DNA of 64,000 nt from Methylophilaceae bacterium (lineage in GTDB: Bacteria; Pseudomonadota; Gammaproteobacteria; Burkholderiales; Methylophilaceae): positions 5,915 through 69,914 of the forward strand of contig JAABQZ010000001.1 in the NCBI GenBank assembly GCA_011391175.1, written 5' to 3'. The translations under genes and the position numbers were made by a program. Within the stretch, counting starts at the first letter, position 1. Every line of letters starts with the position of its first letter. The notes beneath the pieces are model-generated. The model was not told the DNA's origin. It did not search any database and worked only from the letters and a program-made list of their open reading frames with translations. Below are positions 42,602-51,532 of the stretch, piece by piece.

Positions 42602-43984
42602 TTAATAATTATCTGGCATATAGCCTGTATTGGCAAAGTTTTCAAAGCGGGTGTTTTCACCAATAAACGTTAAGCGTACGCGGCCAATCGGGCCGTTACG
42701 TTGTTTGCCAATAATAATTTCTGCAGTACCTTTATCTGGACTATCTGGGTTGTACACTTCGTCGCGGTAGATAAATAAAATCAAGTCGGCATCCTGCTCA
42801 ATCGCCCCAGATTCGCGTAAATCGCTCATGACTGGGCGTTTGTCAGGACGTTGTTCTACAGACCGATTTAGTTGCGAAAGCGCTACCACAGGGCAATCCA
42901 GCTCTTTGGCTAATGCCTTTAATGAACGTGAAATTTCAGAAATCTCCGTCGCACGATTCTCGCCCTGCTTACCTGCAGGGGCTGACATCAGCTGCAAGTA
43001 ATCGACTACGATTAAACCCAACTTACCCGTTTGGCGGTGCAAGCGACGCGCTCTGGCACGCACATCAAAACTGCTTAAACCTGCTCCTTCGTCAATAAAA
43101 ATCGGTGCTTCGTTTAGACGGCCTAAAGCTGTGGTCAGTTTTTCCCAGTCCTCATCTTCTAAACGGCCAGTACGCATACGGTGCTGGTCTAAGCGCCCGA
43201 CAGAGCCTATCATCCGCATTGCGAGCTGTGTTGAAGCCATCTCCATGGAAAATACCGCTACCGGTAAACCAGTATCTAAGGCCACATTTTCAGCCACATT
43301 CAGCGAAAATGCTGTTTTACCCATCGAAGGCCGCCCTGCCACGATAATTAAATCGCCGCCTTGAAAGCCAGAAGTCATGCTGTCTAAGTCGCTAAAGCCA
43401 GTTGGAATACCCGTCACATCACTTGGATTATCGCGCGAAAATAGCATATCGATGCGCTCAGCCACTTGCGGCAACAGTTCTTTAATATCTTGAAAGCCTT
43501 GGCTACTACGTTGCCCACCTTCGGCAATTTGAAAAATTTTGGCTTCTGCCTCATCCAGTAGCTGCTGCGCATCACGTCCATTTGGGTTATAAGCACTATC
43601 AGCAATGCCAGAGCCCACTACCACCAGCTTACGCATGATGGCGCGTTCACGCACAATCTCGGCATAACGGCGAATATTGGCGGCGGTAGGCGTATTTTGT
43701 GCTAACGCACCTAAATAGGCGATGCCGCCTACTTGACTGAGCTCGGCAGTGCTTTCCAGCGACTCTGCCACTGTTACAATATCGGCTGGGCGATTATGTT
43801 CAATCAGCTTGCCAATGTGTTGAAATATGGTTTTGTGATCGTGCTGATAAAAATCTTGTGCACTTAAAATATCAGCAATTTTGTCTAGCGCTTCGTTCTC
43901 CAGTAACAAACCACCAATCACCGATTGCTCGGCTTCGATAGAATGTGGGGGGAGTTTAAGTGCGTCTAATTGTTCATCTGCCAT
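42602..43984 (-). CDS. dnaB: Replicative DNA helicase
   Basis: PPHSIEAEQ, GRPSMGKT, DYLQL, DLRESGAIEQDAD, KQRNGP; ATG at 43984. Confidence 0.98.
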   Translation of the reverse strand: MADEQLDALKLPPHSIEAEQSVIGGLLLENEALDKIADILSAQDFYQHDHKTIFQHIGKLIEHNRPADIVTVAESLESTAELSQVGGIAYLGALAQNTPTAANIRRYAEIVRERAIMRKLVVVGSGIADSAYNPNGRDAQQLLDEAEAKIFQIAEGGQRSSQGFQDIKELLPQVAERIDMLFSRDNPSDVTGIPTGFSDLDSMTSGFQGGDLIIVAGRPSMGKTAFSLNVAENVALDTGLPVAVFSMEMASTQLAMRMIGSVGRLDQHRMRTGRLEDEDWEKLTTALGRLNEAPIFIDEGAGLSSFDVRARARRLHRQTGKLGLIVVDYLQLMSAPAGKQGENRATEISEISRSLKALAKELDCPVVALSQLNRSVEQRPDKRPVMSDLRESGAIEQDADLILFIYRDEVYNPDSPDKGTAEIIIGKQRNGPIGRVRLTFIGENTRFENFANTGYMPDNY

Positions 43985-44032
43985 GGGCAAATTATACCCA
44001 ATAAAAAGCATGCCTCATTAAAAATAAGCAAT

Positions 44033-44060
44033 AAAAAAGGCGACCTAAGTCGCCTTTTTT
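44033..44060 (-). terminator. Terminator after rplI
   Basis: AAAAAAGGCGAC-CTAA-GTCGCCTTTTTT. Confidence 0.88.
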
Positions 44061-44077
44061 AATTAAAACAATACAGC

Positions 44078-44530
44078 TTAAGCAGCTTCGCCAACCACGG
44101 TCACGGTAATATCTACCACTACATCATGGTGCAACGCTACAGTGACTGCATGGTCACCAATCATTTTCAATGGGCCAGTAGGCATACGTACTTCAGCTTT
44201 AACCACTTCAAAACCAGCAGCTACAAGGCCTTCAGCAATGTCACCATTCGTCACAGAGCCAAACAAGCGACCATCAACACCGGCTTTTTGCGCTACGGTT
44301 AACACATAACCTGCTAATTGAGCACCGCGTGCGCTTGACGCAGCCAAAATGTCTGCTTGTTGTTTTTCAAGTTCTGCACGACGCGCTGCGAACTCAGCCT
44401 TGTTAGACTCTGTTGCACGTTTTGCTTTACCTTGTGGAATTAAAAAGTTGCGGCCAAAACCATCTTTAACTTTAACGATATCGCCCAACATACCTAGGTT
44501 TGCGACTTTTTCTAATAAAATTACTTGCAT
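44078..44530 (-). CDS. rplI: 50S ribosomal protein L9
   Basis: [33 protein letters not shown]. Confidence 0.98.
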   Translation of the reverse strand: MQVILLEKVANLGMLGDIVKVKDGFGRNFLIPQGKAKRATESNKAEFAARRAELEKQQADILAASSARGAQLAGYVLTVAQKAGVDGRLFGSVTNGDIAEGLVAAGFEVVKAEVRMPTGPLKMIGDHAVTVALHHDVVVDITVTVVGEAA

Positions 44531-44549
44531 AATATTTTCCTAGCCTCTC

Positions 44550-44783
44550 TTAACCTGGGTGTTTGTCTGTGTATGGTAACAATGCCAAAAAGCGCGCACG
44601 TTTTACCGCAGTAGTCAGTTGACGTTGGTATCTGGCTTTTGTGCCAGTCATACGGGCTGGAATAATTTTAAAGTTTTCAGAGATGAAATCTTTAAGCAAA
44701 TCTACATCTTTGTAATCTACTTCTTTAATGCCTTCTGCACTAAAACGGCAGTAACGGCGGCGTTTATACATTTCTCTTGCCAT
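44550..44783 (-). CDS. rpsR: 30S ribosomal protein S18
   Basis: [25 protein letters not shown]. Confidence 0.97.
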   Translation of the reverse strand: MAREMYKRRRYCRFSAEGIKEVDYKDVDLLKDFISENFKIIPARMTGTKARYQRQLTTAVKRARFLALLPYTDKHPG

Positions 44784-44793
44784 GGTGTAACTC

Positions 44794-45117
44794 CTAAATA
44801 TTCTTTAAATTAGCTTCTAATTTTTCAATATGAAGCTGTTCAATATGAAACACGAGTTGTGTACTTTTTGCGCTGCGCTTGGCTAAAAAGCCTTTGGCTT
44901 TAATATTTGAACCTAATTGAATGTTGCTGTTTGCTAATTCTGTCGCAATATTTCCTAGTGCGACCGCATTCACTTCACATTCCACTTTTCTTTTTAAGCC
45001 TGCCTCAGTTTGTTCCGAGGCATGTTGCAACACAAAACTTAACAACGGTATACCTGCTGGTGTATAGCGTATGGCCTCTAAGCCAACCACCACGCCACTC
45101 AGCGTTAAACTATTCAA
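44794..45117 (-). CDS. priB: Primosomal replication protein N
   Basis: [16 protein letters not shown]; located between rpsF and rpsR. Confidence 0.93.
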   Translation of the reverse strand: MNSLTLSGVVVGLEAIRYTPAGIPLLSFVLQHASEQTEAGLKRKVECEVNAVALGNIATELANSNIQLGSNIKAKGFLAKRSAKSTQLVFHIEQLHIEKLEANLKNI

Positions 45118-45133
45118 CGCTATAACTAATCAA

Positions 45134-45526
45134 CTAAACTGCCGCGGCCTCAGCAGCAACTGCTGGCTTGGCTGGCGCTTCGTCACGACTAATCACGTTC
45201 CGTGATTTTTCTTCTTTCATCATTGGGCTGGCTGCAGTCACTGCAGTTTTTGTGCCCATGGTTAAGTGGCGAATCACCGCATCGTTAAATTTAAAGCCGT
45301 GCTCAAGTTCAGCCAAGGCTTCTAGGCTACACTCAATATTCATTAACACATAATGTGCTTTGTGGATTTTTTGAATTGGGTAAGCCAATTGACGACGACC
45401 CCAATCTTCTAAGCGGTGCATGGTACCGCCACTGGCTGCAATTTGCGCGCGATAGCGCTCAATCATCGCAGGCACTTGCTCGCTTTGGTCCGGATGGACG
45501 ATAAATACTACTTCGTAATGACGCAT
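45134..45526 (-). CDS. rpsF: 30S ribosomal protein S6
   Basis: [28 protein letters not shown]. Confidence 0.98.
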   Translation of the reverse strand: MRHYEVVFIVHPDQSEQVPAMIERYRAQIAASGGTMHRLEDWGRRQLAYPIQKIHKAHYVLMNIECSLEALAELEHGFKFNDAVIRHLTMGTKTAVTAASPMMKEEKSRNVISRDEAPAKPAVAAEAAAV

Positions 45527-45593
45527 ATTTTCTCCTTGTGGTTAAAGCCACCCACTATGCAACCAGAATTAACTGGAATGGTGTGGCAAGGTT
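45527..45593 (-). ncRNA. S6:S18 autoregulatory leader RNA
   Basis: Minus strand CCUUG-GCCAC...GUGGC-UUUAA-CCA-CAAGG-AG: stem sequestering the SD with an internal-loop CCR motif. Confidence 0.7.
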
Positions 45594-45806
45594 TGAAAGA
45601 GTCGCGATTATAGACAAAAAGCATTGATTAATCAAACACTTTTAAAGCCTTTTGCGTGGTTAATTAGTGAATAAGCACAAATAAATTAAAGCGAATTAGT
45701 ACACAAGCACTTAAAAAAGAAAGCCTAACTGGCTAATAACTTACTTGCAAAGTTGCTAACGCACTTATAAAGTGACTCCTTAACGAATTTAAGGCTAAAT
45801 GCTCAC

Positions 45807-46469
45807 ATGCAAAAAACCATCTTATTTTTCAAGCAATTTCCATTTGCTATGCTGCTGTGTGTGCAGTTATTGAGCGTGCTGTTTTATGGATTTATGACAG
45901 ACTCTAAAACTAGCCACCTCATTTTCAATTGCTTAGGTTTAATCGTGCCGATTTTAGCGGTGTGGACAGTTTATCGCTCGCCCGCCACCAATTGGATTGG
46001 TTTTGTATTAGTTTCAGCCTCTATCTGCACATCGCTGCTAGCCTTATTCGGTGGGCAAGCGCATCTTTTAGTTTGGGCGCATGCCTTTGAGAGTTTGCTA
46101 TATTTTTACGCAGCGATTAGCTTGGTCATGTATATGTTTAAAGACGATATTGTGACTTTGGATGAGCTTTACGCCGCAGGCGCCACGTTTACGCTACTGG
46201 TGTGGGGTTTTGCGCTGGTTTACTCGGTGTGTCAGCAAATTTACCCAAACAGCATCATAGGCGGTTCACCTGCTACGCAATTACGTAGTTGGATAGAGTT
46301 GTTATTTTTCAGCTTTAGCGTGCAATCTGGTACTGGGCTGAGCGACTTATTGCCTGTAAGCCCGCAATCGCGGGCCCTCGCCTCCATTCAAATGTTTAGC
46401 GGCGTAATGTATATAACGGTTGTGATTTCACACTTGGTCGGGCTTGCCGCCAGAAATAAAGCTAAATAG
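45807..46469 (+). CDS. Ion_trans_2 (potassium-channel-like) membrane protein
   Basis: About 6 TMs; C-terminal pore-like segment LFFSFSVQSGTGLSDLLP...R. Confidence 0.78.
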   Translation: MQKTILFFKQFPFAMLLCVQLLSVLFYGFMTDSKTSHLIFNCLGLIVPILAVWTVYRSPATNWIGFVLVSASICTSLLALFGGQAHLLVWAHAFESLLYFYAAISLVMYMFKDDIVTLDELYAAGATFTLLVWGFALVYSVCQQIYPNSIIGGSPATQLRSWIELLFFSFSVQSGTGLSDLLPVSPQSRALASIQMFSGVMYITVVISHLVGLAARNKAK

Positions 46470-46498
46470 TTAAATCTGCTTTAAATTATCCTAAAAGA

Positions 46499-46537
46499 AT
46501 GCCCTGCAAGCCAATATCCATAAGGCTTACGAGGCAT
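46499..46537 (+). repeat. Dispersed 39-bp 14-11-14 quasi-palindrome, full copy
   Basis: ATGCCCTGCAAGCC-AATATCCATAA-GGCTTACGAGGCAT. Confidence 0.85.
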
Positions 46538-46548
46538 AATTTTTTGAA

Positions 46549-48342
46549 TTAGTTAGTTTGTTTTGGCAGCGCGAATACCAACACCGCGTCACCCTGTTTG
46601 TAACCAAAAATAGAGTTACCACCACTAGCCACCGCAATATATTGAGTGCCATCTATACTGTAAGTAATCGGCGGTGCATTAACACCAAATTCCGATTTGG
46701 CTTGCCATAACAGCTCACCAGTTTGGCTGTTGTATGCGTTAAAGTTGCCTTCACCCTCACCCATAAATATTAAACTGCCTGCTGTGGCCAGCACGCCTCC
46801 AACTAAAGGTTGCGCAGTTTTGTTTTGCCAAACAATCTTGCCAGTGGCTAAATCAACGCTTGATAACAAACCCCATCGCGGATCTTGCGTGGGCTCACTG
46901 GCAGCATAACGAATGGCCGCTTTGCCGTTACTAGAGGGTGTTTCGTGCAGCGTATATTTAATTGGGGCATGTATGCCAGCAATAAATACGCGCTGGTTTT
47001 TCTCATCCAAACTCACTGGCGACCAGTTTGAACCGCCTAAAATGCCTGGATAGACAGTGGTGCCTTCAAAGGTGGCTTTTTTAAACATATTTTGCTGCGG
47101 TACAAACGCGTCCGATTTTTTAAGCAATTTGCCAGTAGCGCGGTCATGAATATAAAACCAACCAGTTTTGCTGGCCTGCCCCACTGCGGCAATGTTTTTG
47201 CCATTGAAATGGTAGTTAAAAAGTACAGGCGGGCTGGCTAAGTCATAGCCCCATAAATCGTGCGGCACTTGCTGATAATGCCATTTGCGTACGCCAGTGT
47301 TCACATCCAACGCAACCAGTGAAACTGTATATAAGTTATCCCCAGGCCTTGAAATGTCGTTCATTTGTGGGCTTGGGTTGCCTGTACCAAAAAACAAAGT
47401 GTCACTTTTAACATCAATTGCTGGCGTGCTCCAAGCAGAGCCGCCACCAAAGCGTGCTGAGTCAGGGTATTTAGCCAAATCAGCCTTTTCTTGCGCCACA
47501 TCGCGATTAAATTGCACACCATCCTCGGTGGATTCAGTGAAATTACCTTCCCAGCCATTGGCAGGAATTGTGTCAAACTGCCAGATACGCTTGCCGTCAC
47601 TGACATCATAAGCAGCAAGAAATCCTGGTCTACCAAAGCGCCCTGATACACCAATAACTGCACCCAAAGGTGCGTCTGCTGTCGGATTGTCGATATGTAA
47701 ACCGTAGCCTACCCCAGTAATGCCAACGATGACTTTGCCTTTATATACTACTGGCGCCATGGCGATGCCGATTCCCGTGCCACCTGTCACTTTACGGGCA
47801 CTATTGGGGTCGTCTTTATTCAGTGCATCTTGGCCTTCGGTAGTAATCGCGCTTTCTACCACGTCTATATCCCACTCTTTTGCACCCGTTGTTGCGTTAA
47901 GTGCGATTAAGCGCGCATCCACTGTACCAATAAACACTTTACCATTTGCAACAGCCACGCCCCTATTTGCTGGGCCGCAGCACATTTTCCAATCGGCGCG
48001 CTTATCATGGTTGTAGCGCCATAACTCTTTACCCGTTTTGGCATCAAGTGCCACCACATGGTTAAAAGGTAAAGATAAATACATCACACCATTTTGCACG
48101 ATTGGCGTTGCCTGAAAACTGGCACTAACACCACTGTTATATGCCCAAGCTTGTGCCAAGTCTTTGACGTTTTGTGTGTTAATTTGCTTTACAGGCGAAA
48201 AGCGCTGACTAGCGTAATCACGCCCAAAACTAGGCCAATCATTAGCCTCTACACTTGAATTATTGGGCTTGTAGTTTGCACCCCCACATGCAACGAGCGC
48301 AAGAAAACCAATCACTAATACTACTTTCAAAGACTTATACAT
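46549..48342 (-). CDS. PQQ-dependent dehydrogenase-fold (beta-propeller) lipoprotein with atypical active site
   Basis: Lipobox LVAC; W..FGRDY.SQRFSP..QIN, QATP, vicinal CC.NRG, GTGNPSP, PHDLWGYD, GG.NW, W-motif repeats. Confidence 0.88.
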   Translation of the reverse strand: MYKSLKVVLVIGFLALVACGGANYKPNNSSVEANDWPSFGRDYASQRFSPVKQINTQNVKDLAQAWAYNSGVSASFQATPIVQNGVMYLSLPFNHVVALDAKTGKELWRYNHDKRADWKMCCGPANRGVAVANGKVFIGTVDARLIALNATTGAKEWDIDVVESAITTEGQDALNKDDPNSARKVTGGTGIGIAMAPVVYKGKVIVGITGVGYGLHIDNPTADAPLGAVIGVSGRFGRPGFLAAYDVSDGKRIWQFDTIPANGWEGNFTESTEDGVQFNRDVAQEKADLAKYPDSARFGGGSAWSTPAIDVKSDTLFFGTGNPSPQMNDISRPGDNLYTVSLVALDVNTGVRKWHYQQVPHDLWGYDLASPPVLFNYHFNGKNIAAVGQASKTGWFYIHDRATGKLLKKSDAFVPQQNMFKKATFEGTTVYPGILGGSNWSPVSLDEKNQRVFIAGIHAPIKYTLHETPSSNGKAAIRYAASEPTQDPRWGLLSSVDLATGKIVWQNKTAQPLVGGVLATAGSLIFMGEGEGNFNAYNSQTGELLWQAKSEFGVNAPPITYSIDGTQYIAVASGGNSIFGYKQGDAVLVFALPKQTN

Positions 48343-48439
48343 AATTTAACTTAATTAAAATGAGTAATTACACAAAGTATACCGATTTGTATAGCGCTTG
48401 CATATATCATCGCTAATATCTGATTATTTTTATATTGAT

Positions 48440-48465
48440 GCATCTATTAATTAAAATTTATCGTA
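48440..48465 (+). promoter_or_regulatory. Putative autoregulatory ECF promoter
   Basis: GCATCT-N16-CGTA upstream of the sigma gene; resembles the CATC/CGTA-type promoters of SigK/RpoE-like ECFs. Confidence 0.5.
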
Positions 48466-48603
48466 TCTATTCTTACAAACTAACGCAGGAACCAAACTTA
48501 CAACCAAAGATTGAACTTGTAATTCCAACATTTTTTTACTCGTCACACCTATCTGAAATAAAAATTCAGGTAGTATCCAATATTAGTTAGTGGGTTAATT
48601 GTT

Positions 48604-49170
48604 ATGAAGCAAACAAAATCATCTGAGGAGCTGTTTCGCTTGCTAGCCTTAAGCGGTCAAGGTGACCGTGCGGCTTTCCAAGCGCTATACGAGGCAACTT
48701 CTGCCAAACTGTTTGGCCTGTCACTACGCATCTTAAGTCGACGCGATTTAGCAGAGGAAGCTTTGCAAGATGCATTTATTAATATTTGGCACCACGCGCA
48801 AAATTACCGCCCAGAAAAAGCAGCAGTGATGACTTGGATGACTACCATAGTCCGTAACAAGTGCTTTGACTTACTGCGCGCTATGCCTAAGGAATCGCAG
48901 TTGTTAGAGGAACAAAGCATGGACGATTGGGCTTCAGATGACTTAGGCCCTTTGGAAAAAGTCACAGAGCAAAGTCAATCCAAAGCACTGCTAAATTGCA
49001 TGAGCACACTTGCACCGCTGCAACGCCAAGCAATTGCACTAAGCTACTTTAAAGGCATGGTACACGAACAATTAGCAACACATATGGTGCAACCTCTAGG
49101 CACAGTTAAAACATGGATCAGGCGTGGTTTGCAATCTCTTAAAAGCTGTTTGCAAGGAGTATCCTCATGA
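48604..49170 (+). CDS. ECF sigma factor, SigK-like
   Basis: GDRAAFQALY, AEEALQD.F..IW, W...I.RN, PLGTVKTWIRRG; Cys132 and Cys182. Confidence 0.92.
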   Translation: MKQTKSSEELFRLLALSGQGDRAAFQALYEATSAKLFGLSLRILSRRDLAEEALQDAFINIWHHAQNYRPEKAAVMTWMTTIVRNKCFDLLRAMPKESQLLEEQSMDDWASDDLGPLEKVTEQSQSKALLNCMSTLAPLQRQAIALSYFKGMVHEQLATHMVQPLGTVKTWIRRGLQSLKSCLQGVSS

Positions 49171-49874
49171 GATACGACAATCAACTATTAGCCAATATGC
49201 TTGCTACGGAATATATTTTAGGCATGCTAAAAGGTGCTGCGAGAAGACGTTTTGAGCAATTATTAAGGCAACGTGCTGATTTAGCGCAAACCTTTCACTG
49301 GTGGGAGTCACATCTGCACTTGCTAGCGGACACTGTGCCAGCCACCCAGCCATCTAACAAGGTATGGCAAAACATCGAAAATCGCTTATTTAACGCACCG
49401 AGGACTAACTCTCGGGCTAACAATAGTAGCTGGTGGAAAGGTTTGGCATTTTTATCTACGGCCATGGCAGTTTCGCTTGCAACTTTCTTGGCAATTCAAT
49501 CTCCTAAGCGATTAGAAGATATTGCCCCTACTGCTGTGGCTTTATTAACAACAGAAAAAGCGGAGGCTGGTTGGCTTTTAGATGAAACCAAACATTCACC
49601 AACAGATATTGAGATTAAAGTACGTGCACTGACTAGCCTGCAAATCAAGCCCGATAACGCGTTTGAATTATGGCTATTACCCGCAGACAAATCTAAACCG
49701 ATTTCTCTAGGCTTATTGCCACAACAAGGGACTAGCGTATTTAAAGTGCCAGAGGAATTAATCGCGCAACTGGCAACTGGGTTGTTAGCTGTTAGCTTAG
49801 AACCCGTGGGCGGATCACCTACTGGTCAACCAACGGGGGCGGTGCTGTATCAAGGCAGGATGACTAAGACTTAA
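49167..49874 (+). CDS. Anti-sigma factor, RskA family
   Basis: EY.LG.L, P...VW..I, one TM, ELWLL....P.SLG, AVSLEP.GGSP.GQPTG; 4-nt overlap with the sigma gene. Confidence 0.92.
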   Translation: MRYDNQLLANMLATEYILGMLKGAARRRFEQLLRQRADLAQTFHWWESHLHLLADTVPATQPSNKVWQNIENRLFNAPRTNSRANNSSWWKGLAFLSTAMAVSLATFLAIQSPKRLEDIAPTAVALLTTEKAEAGWLLDETKHSPTDIEIKVRALTSLQIKPDNAFELWLLPADKSKPISLGLLPQQGTSVFKVPEELIAQLATGLLAVSLEPVGGSPTGQPTGAVLYQGRMTKT

Positions 49875-49933
49875 GATTTGTATTTGAAGCTTAGTTAATT
49901 TTTTAATTTTTATCGTTATTTAGAAAGTAGTAA

Positions 49934-50965
49934 ATGGGTTTAGCCATAAAATTAGCAGAATCAGGTAGCTTGCCCGACTCTATTGTGCGGCAAGGCATTC
50001 GGCAGTTAGTGAAACAACGCTTGGTAGAAATTTCAGCAAACAATTGTGAAATCGGCATGGCGCACATGACACAATTTATTGCAGCCATGAATAATTCGGC
50101 TATTGCCCCGCTGCCTGAACTTGCCAATTCACAACATTACGAAGTACCTGCCGATTTTTTCCATTACTGTTTAGGTGTTAATCGCAAATACAGCAGCTGT
50201 TTTTGGATGCCCGATACGCAAACCTTAGATGAAGCTGAAGTATTGGCGTTGGCGCAAACCTGTGACCATGCCGATTTACAAGACGGCCAAGCGATTTTAG
50301 AGCTAGGCTGTGGCTGGGGCTCACTTTCACTTTGGATGGCTGCAAAATATCCAAAAGCCAATATCACTGGCGTTTCAAATTCAAACTCACAACGTGAATA
50401 TATTATGAATACAGCTAAGTCGCGCGGCATCACTAATCTGAACATTATCACGGCAGACATGAATACATTTGAAGCGCCATCGACCTATGATCGTGTCGTG
50501 TCAGTTGAAATGTTTGAGCATATGCGAAATTACCAAGTGCTGTATGGCAAGGTCGCCAGCTGGCTAAATGCAGGTGGGAAATTCTTCAAACATATTTTTG
50601 TGCATCGCAATACGCCATATGTGTTTGATGTAAAAGCAGATGACGACTGGATGAGCCAATTCTTTTTTAGTGGCGGCATGATGCCCAGTGACGATTTGCC
50701 ATTGCATTTTCAGGATGATTTAAAGCTAATCAAGCGTTGGCGTTGGGATGGCACGCATTATGAAAAAACGGCCAATGCCTGGCTGGAAAACATGGATAAA
50801 AACGCCAAAGCCATTACCCCTATTTTTGCGGCGACTTATGGTGAAAATGATGTAGAAATGTGGCGTAATCGCTGGCGCATGTTTTACATGGCGTGTGCCG
50901 AATTGTTTGGTTATAACAATGGCCAAGAATGGTGGGTAACCCACTATTTATTCGAGAAAAGATAA
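49934..50965 (+). CDS. SAM methyltransferase, cyclopropane-synthase-like (short type)
   Basis: AN.QHYEVP..FF, KYSSC, LELGCGWGS, VSVEMFEHMRNY. Confidence 0.88.
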   Translation: MGLAIKLAESGSLPDSIVRQGIRQLVKQRLVEISANNCEIGMAHMTQFIAAMNNSAIAPLPELANSQHYEVPADFFHYCLGVNRKYSSCFWMPDTQTLDEAEVLALAQTCDHADLQDGQAILELGCGWGSLSLWMAAKYPKANITGVSNSNSQREYIMNTAKSRGITNLNIITADMNTFEAPSTYDRVVSVEMFEHMRNYQVLYGKVASWLNAGGKFFKHIFVHRNTPYVFDVKADDDWMSQFFFSGGMMPSDDLPLHFQDDLKLIKRWRWDGTHYEKTANAWLENMDKNAKAITPIFAATYGENDVEMWRNRWRMFYMACAELFGYNNGQEWWVTHYLFEKR

Positions 50966-50992
50966 TAGTTAGGTAAAGCTAATTAACACAAT

Positions 50993-51532
50993 ATGCCTAA
51001 ATCACAAATTATTTCCAACTTTATCTTGTTTCAAATTGGCTGGTTTGCCTGTGTCATTGGTGCGTCCAAGCAGTCCCCTTGGCTGGGTGTCATCGTGGTT
51101 GCTGCCATTGTGGTTTGGCATCTATCGCAATCCAAACAAGCTAAACCAGAACTAATCTTATTAGCGCTGGCATTAGTTATCGGTGGCATCTACGATCAAC
51201 TCATGCTAAGTAGCGGCTTAATCAGCTATCAGGCACATGGCTGGCTGGCCAGTTTAGTGCCCGCATGGATATTGGCTTTATGGGCAGTCTTTGTCACCGT
51301 ATTAAATGTAAGTTTACGCTGGATGAAAGATATTAAGTCGCATGGCAAGTGGCTGGTTGCAATCCTGTTTGGCGCCTTTGGTGGACCGCTGGCTTATATG
51401 GGTGCTGAGAAACTTGGCGCAGTGTCACTCAATAACTTACCTGCAAGTTATATTGCGCTTGCTGTTGGCTGGGCAATACTCACACCATTATTGTTGGTGC
51501 TATCTGAAAAATTTGATGGGTTTAAAGTCTAA
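50993..51532 (+). CDS. DUF2878 membrane protein
   Basis: NFILFQIGWFACV, P.WILALW..F, GGPLAY.G. Confidence 0.82.
   Translation: MPKSQIISNFILFQIGWFACVIGASKQSPWLGVIVVAAIVVWHLSQSKQAKPELILLALALVIGGIYDQLMLSSGLISYQAHGWLASLVPAWILALWAVFVTVLNVSLRWMKDIKSHGKWLVAILFGAFGGPLAYMGAEKLGAVSLNNLPASYIALAVGWAILTPLLLVLSEKFDGFKV
51249..51287 (-). repeat. Intragenic copy of the 14-11-14 element (encodes VPAWILAL)
   Basis: Minus strand CTGCCCATAAAGCC-AATATCCATGC-GGGCACTAAACTGG; 19-nt identity with the fabD copy. Confidence 0.6.

Noticed and set aside
9671-46537. The 39-bp elements as a CRISPR array or integron attC sites
   Set aside because: Copies are kilobases apart and in both orientations. There are no cas genes or integron integrase, and no RYYYAAC/GTTRRRY ends.
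46549-48342. XoxF/MxaF methanol dehydrogenase
   Set aside because: It lacks the catalytic Asp and metal-ligand Glu, has a lipobox, and has no xoxG/xoxJ or mxa neighbours.
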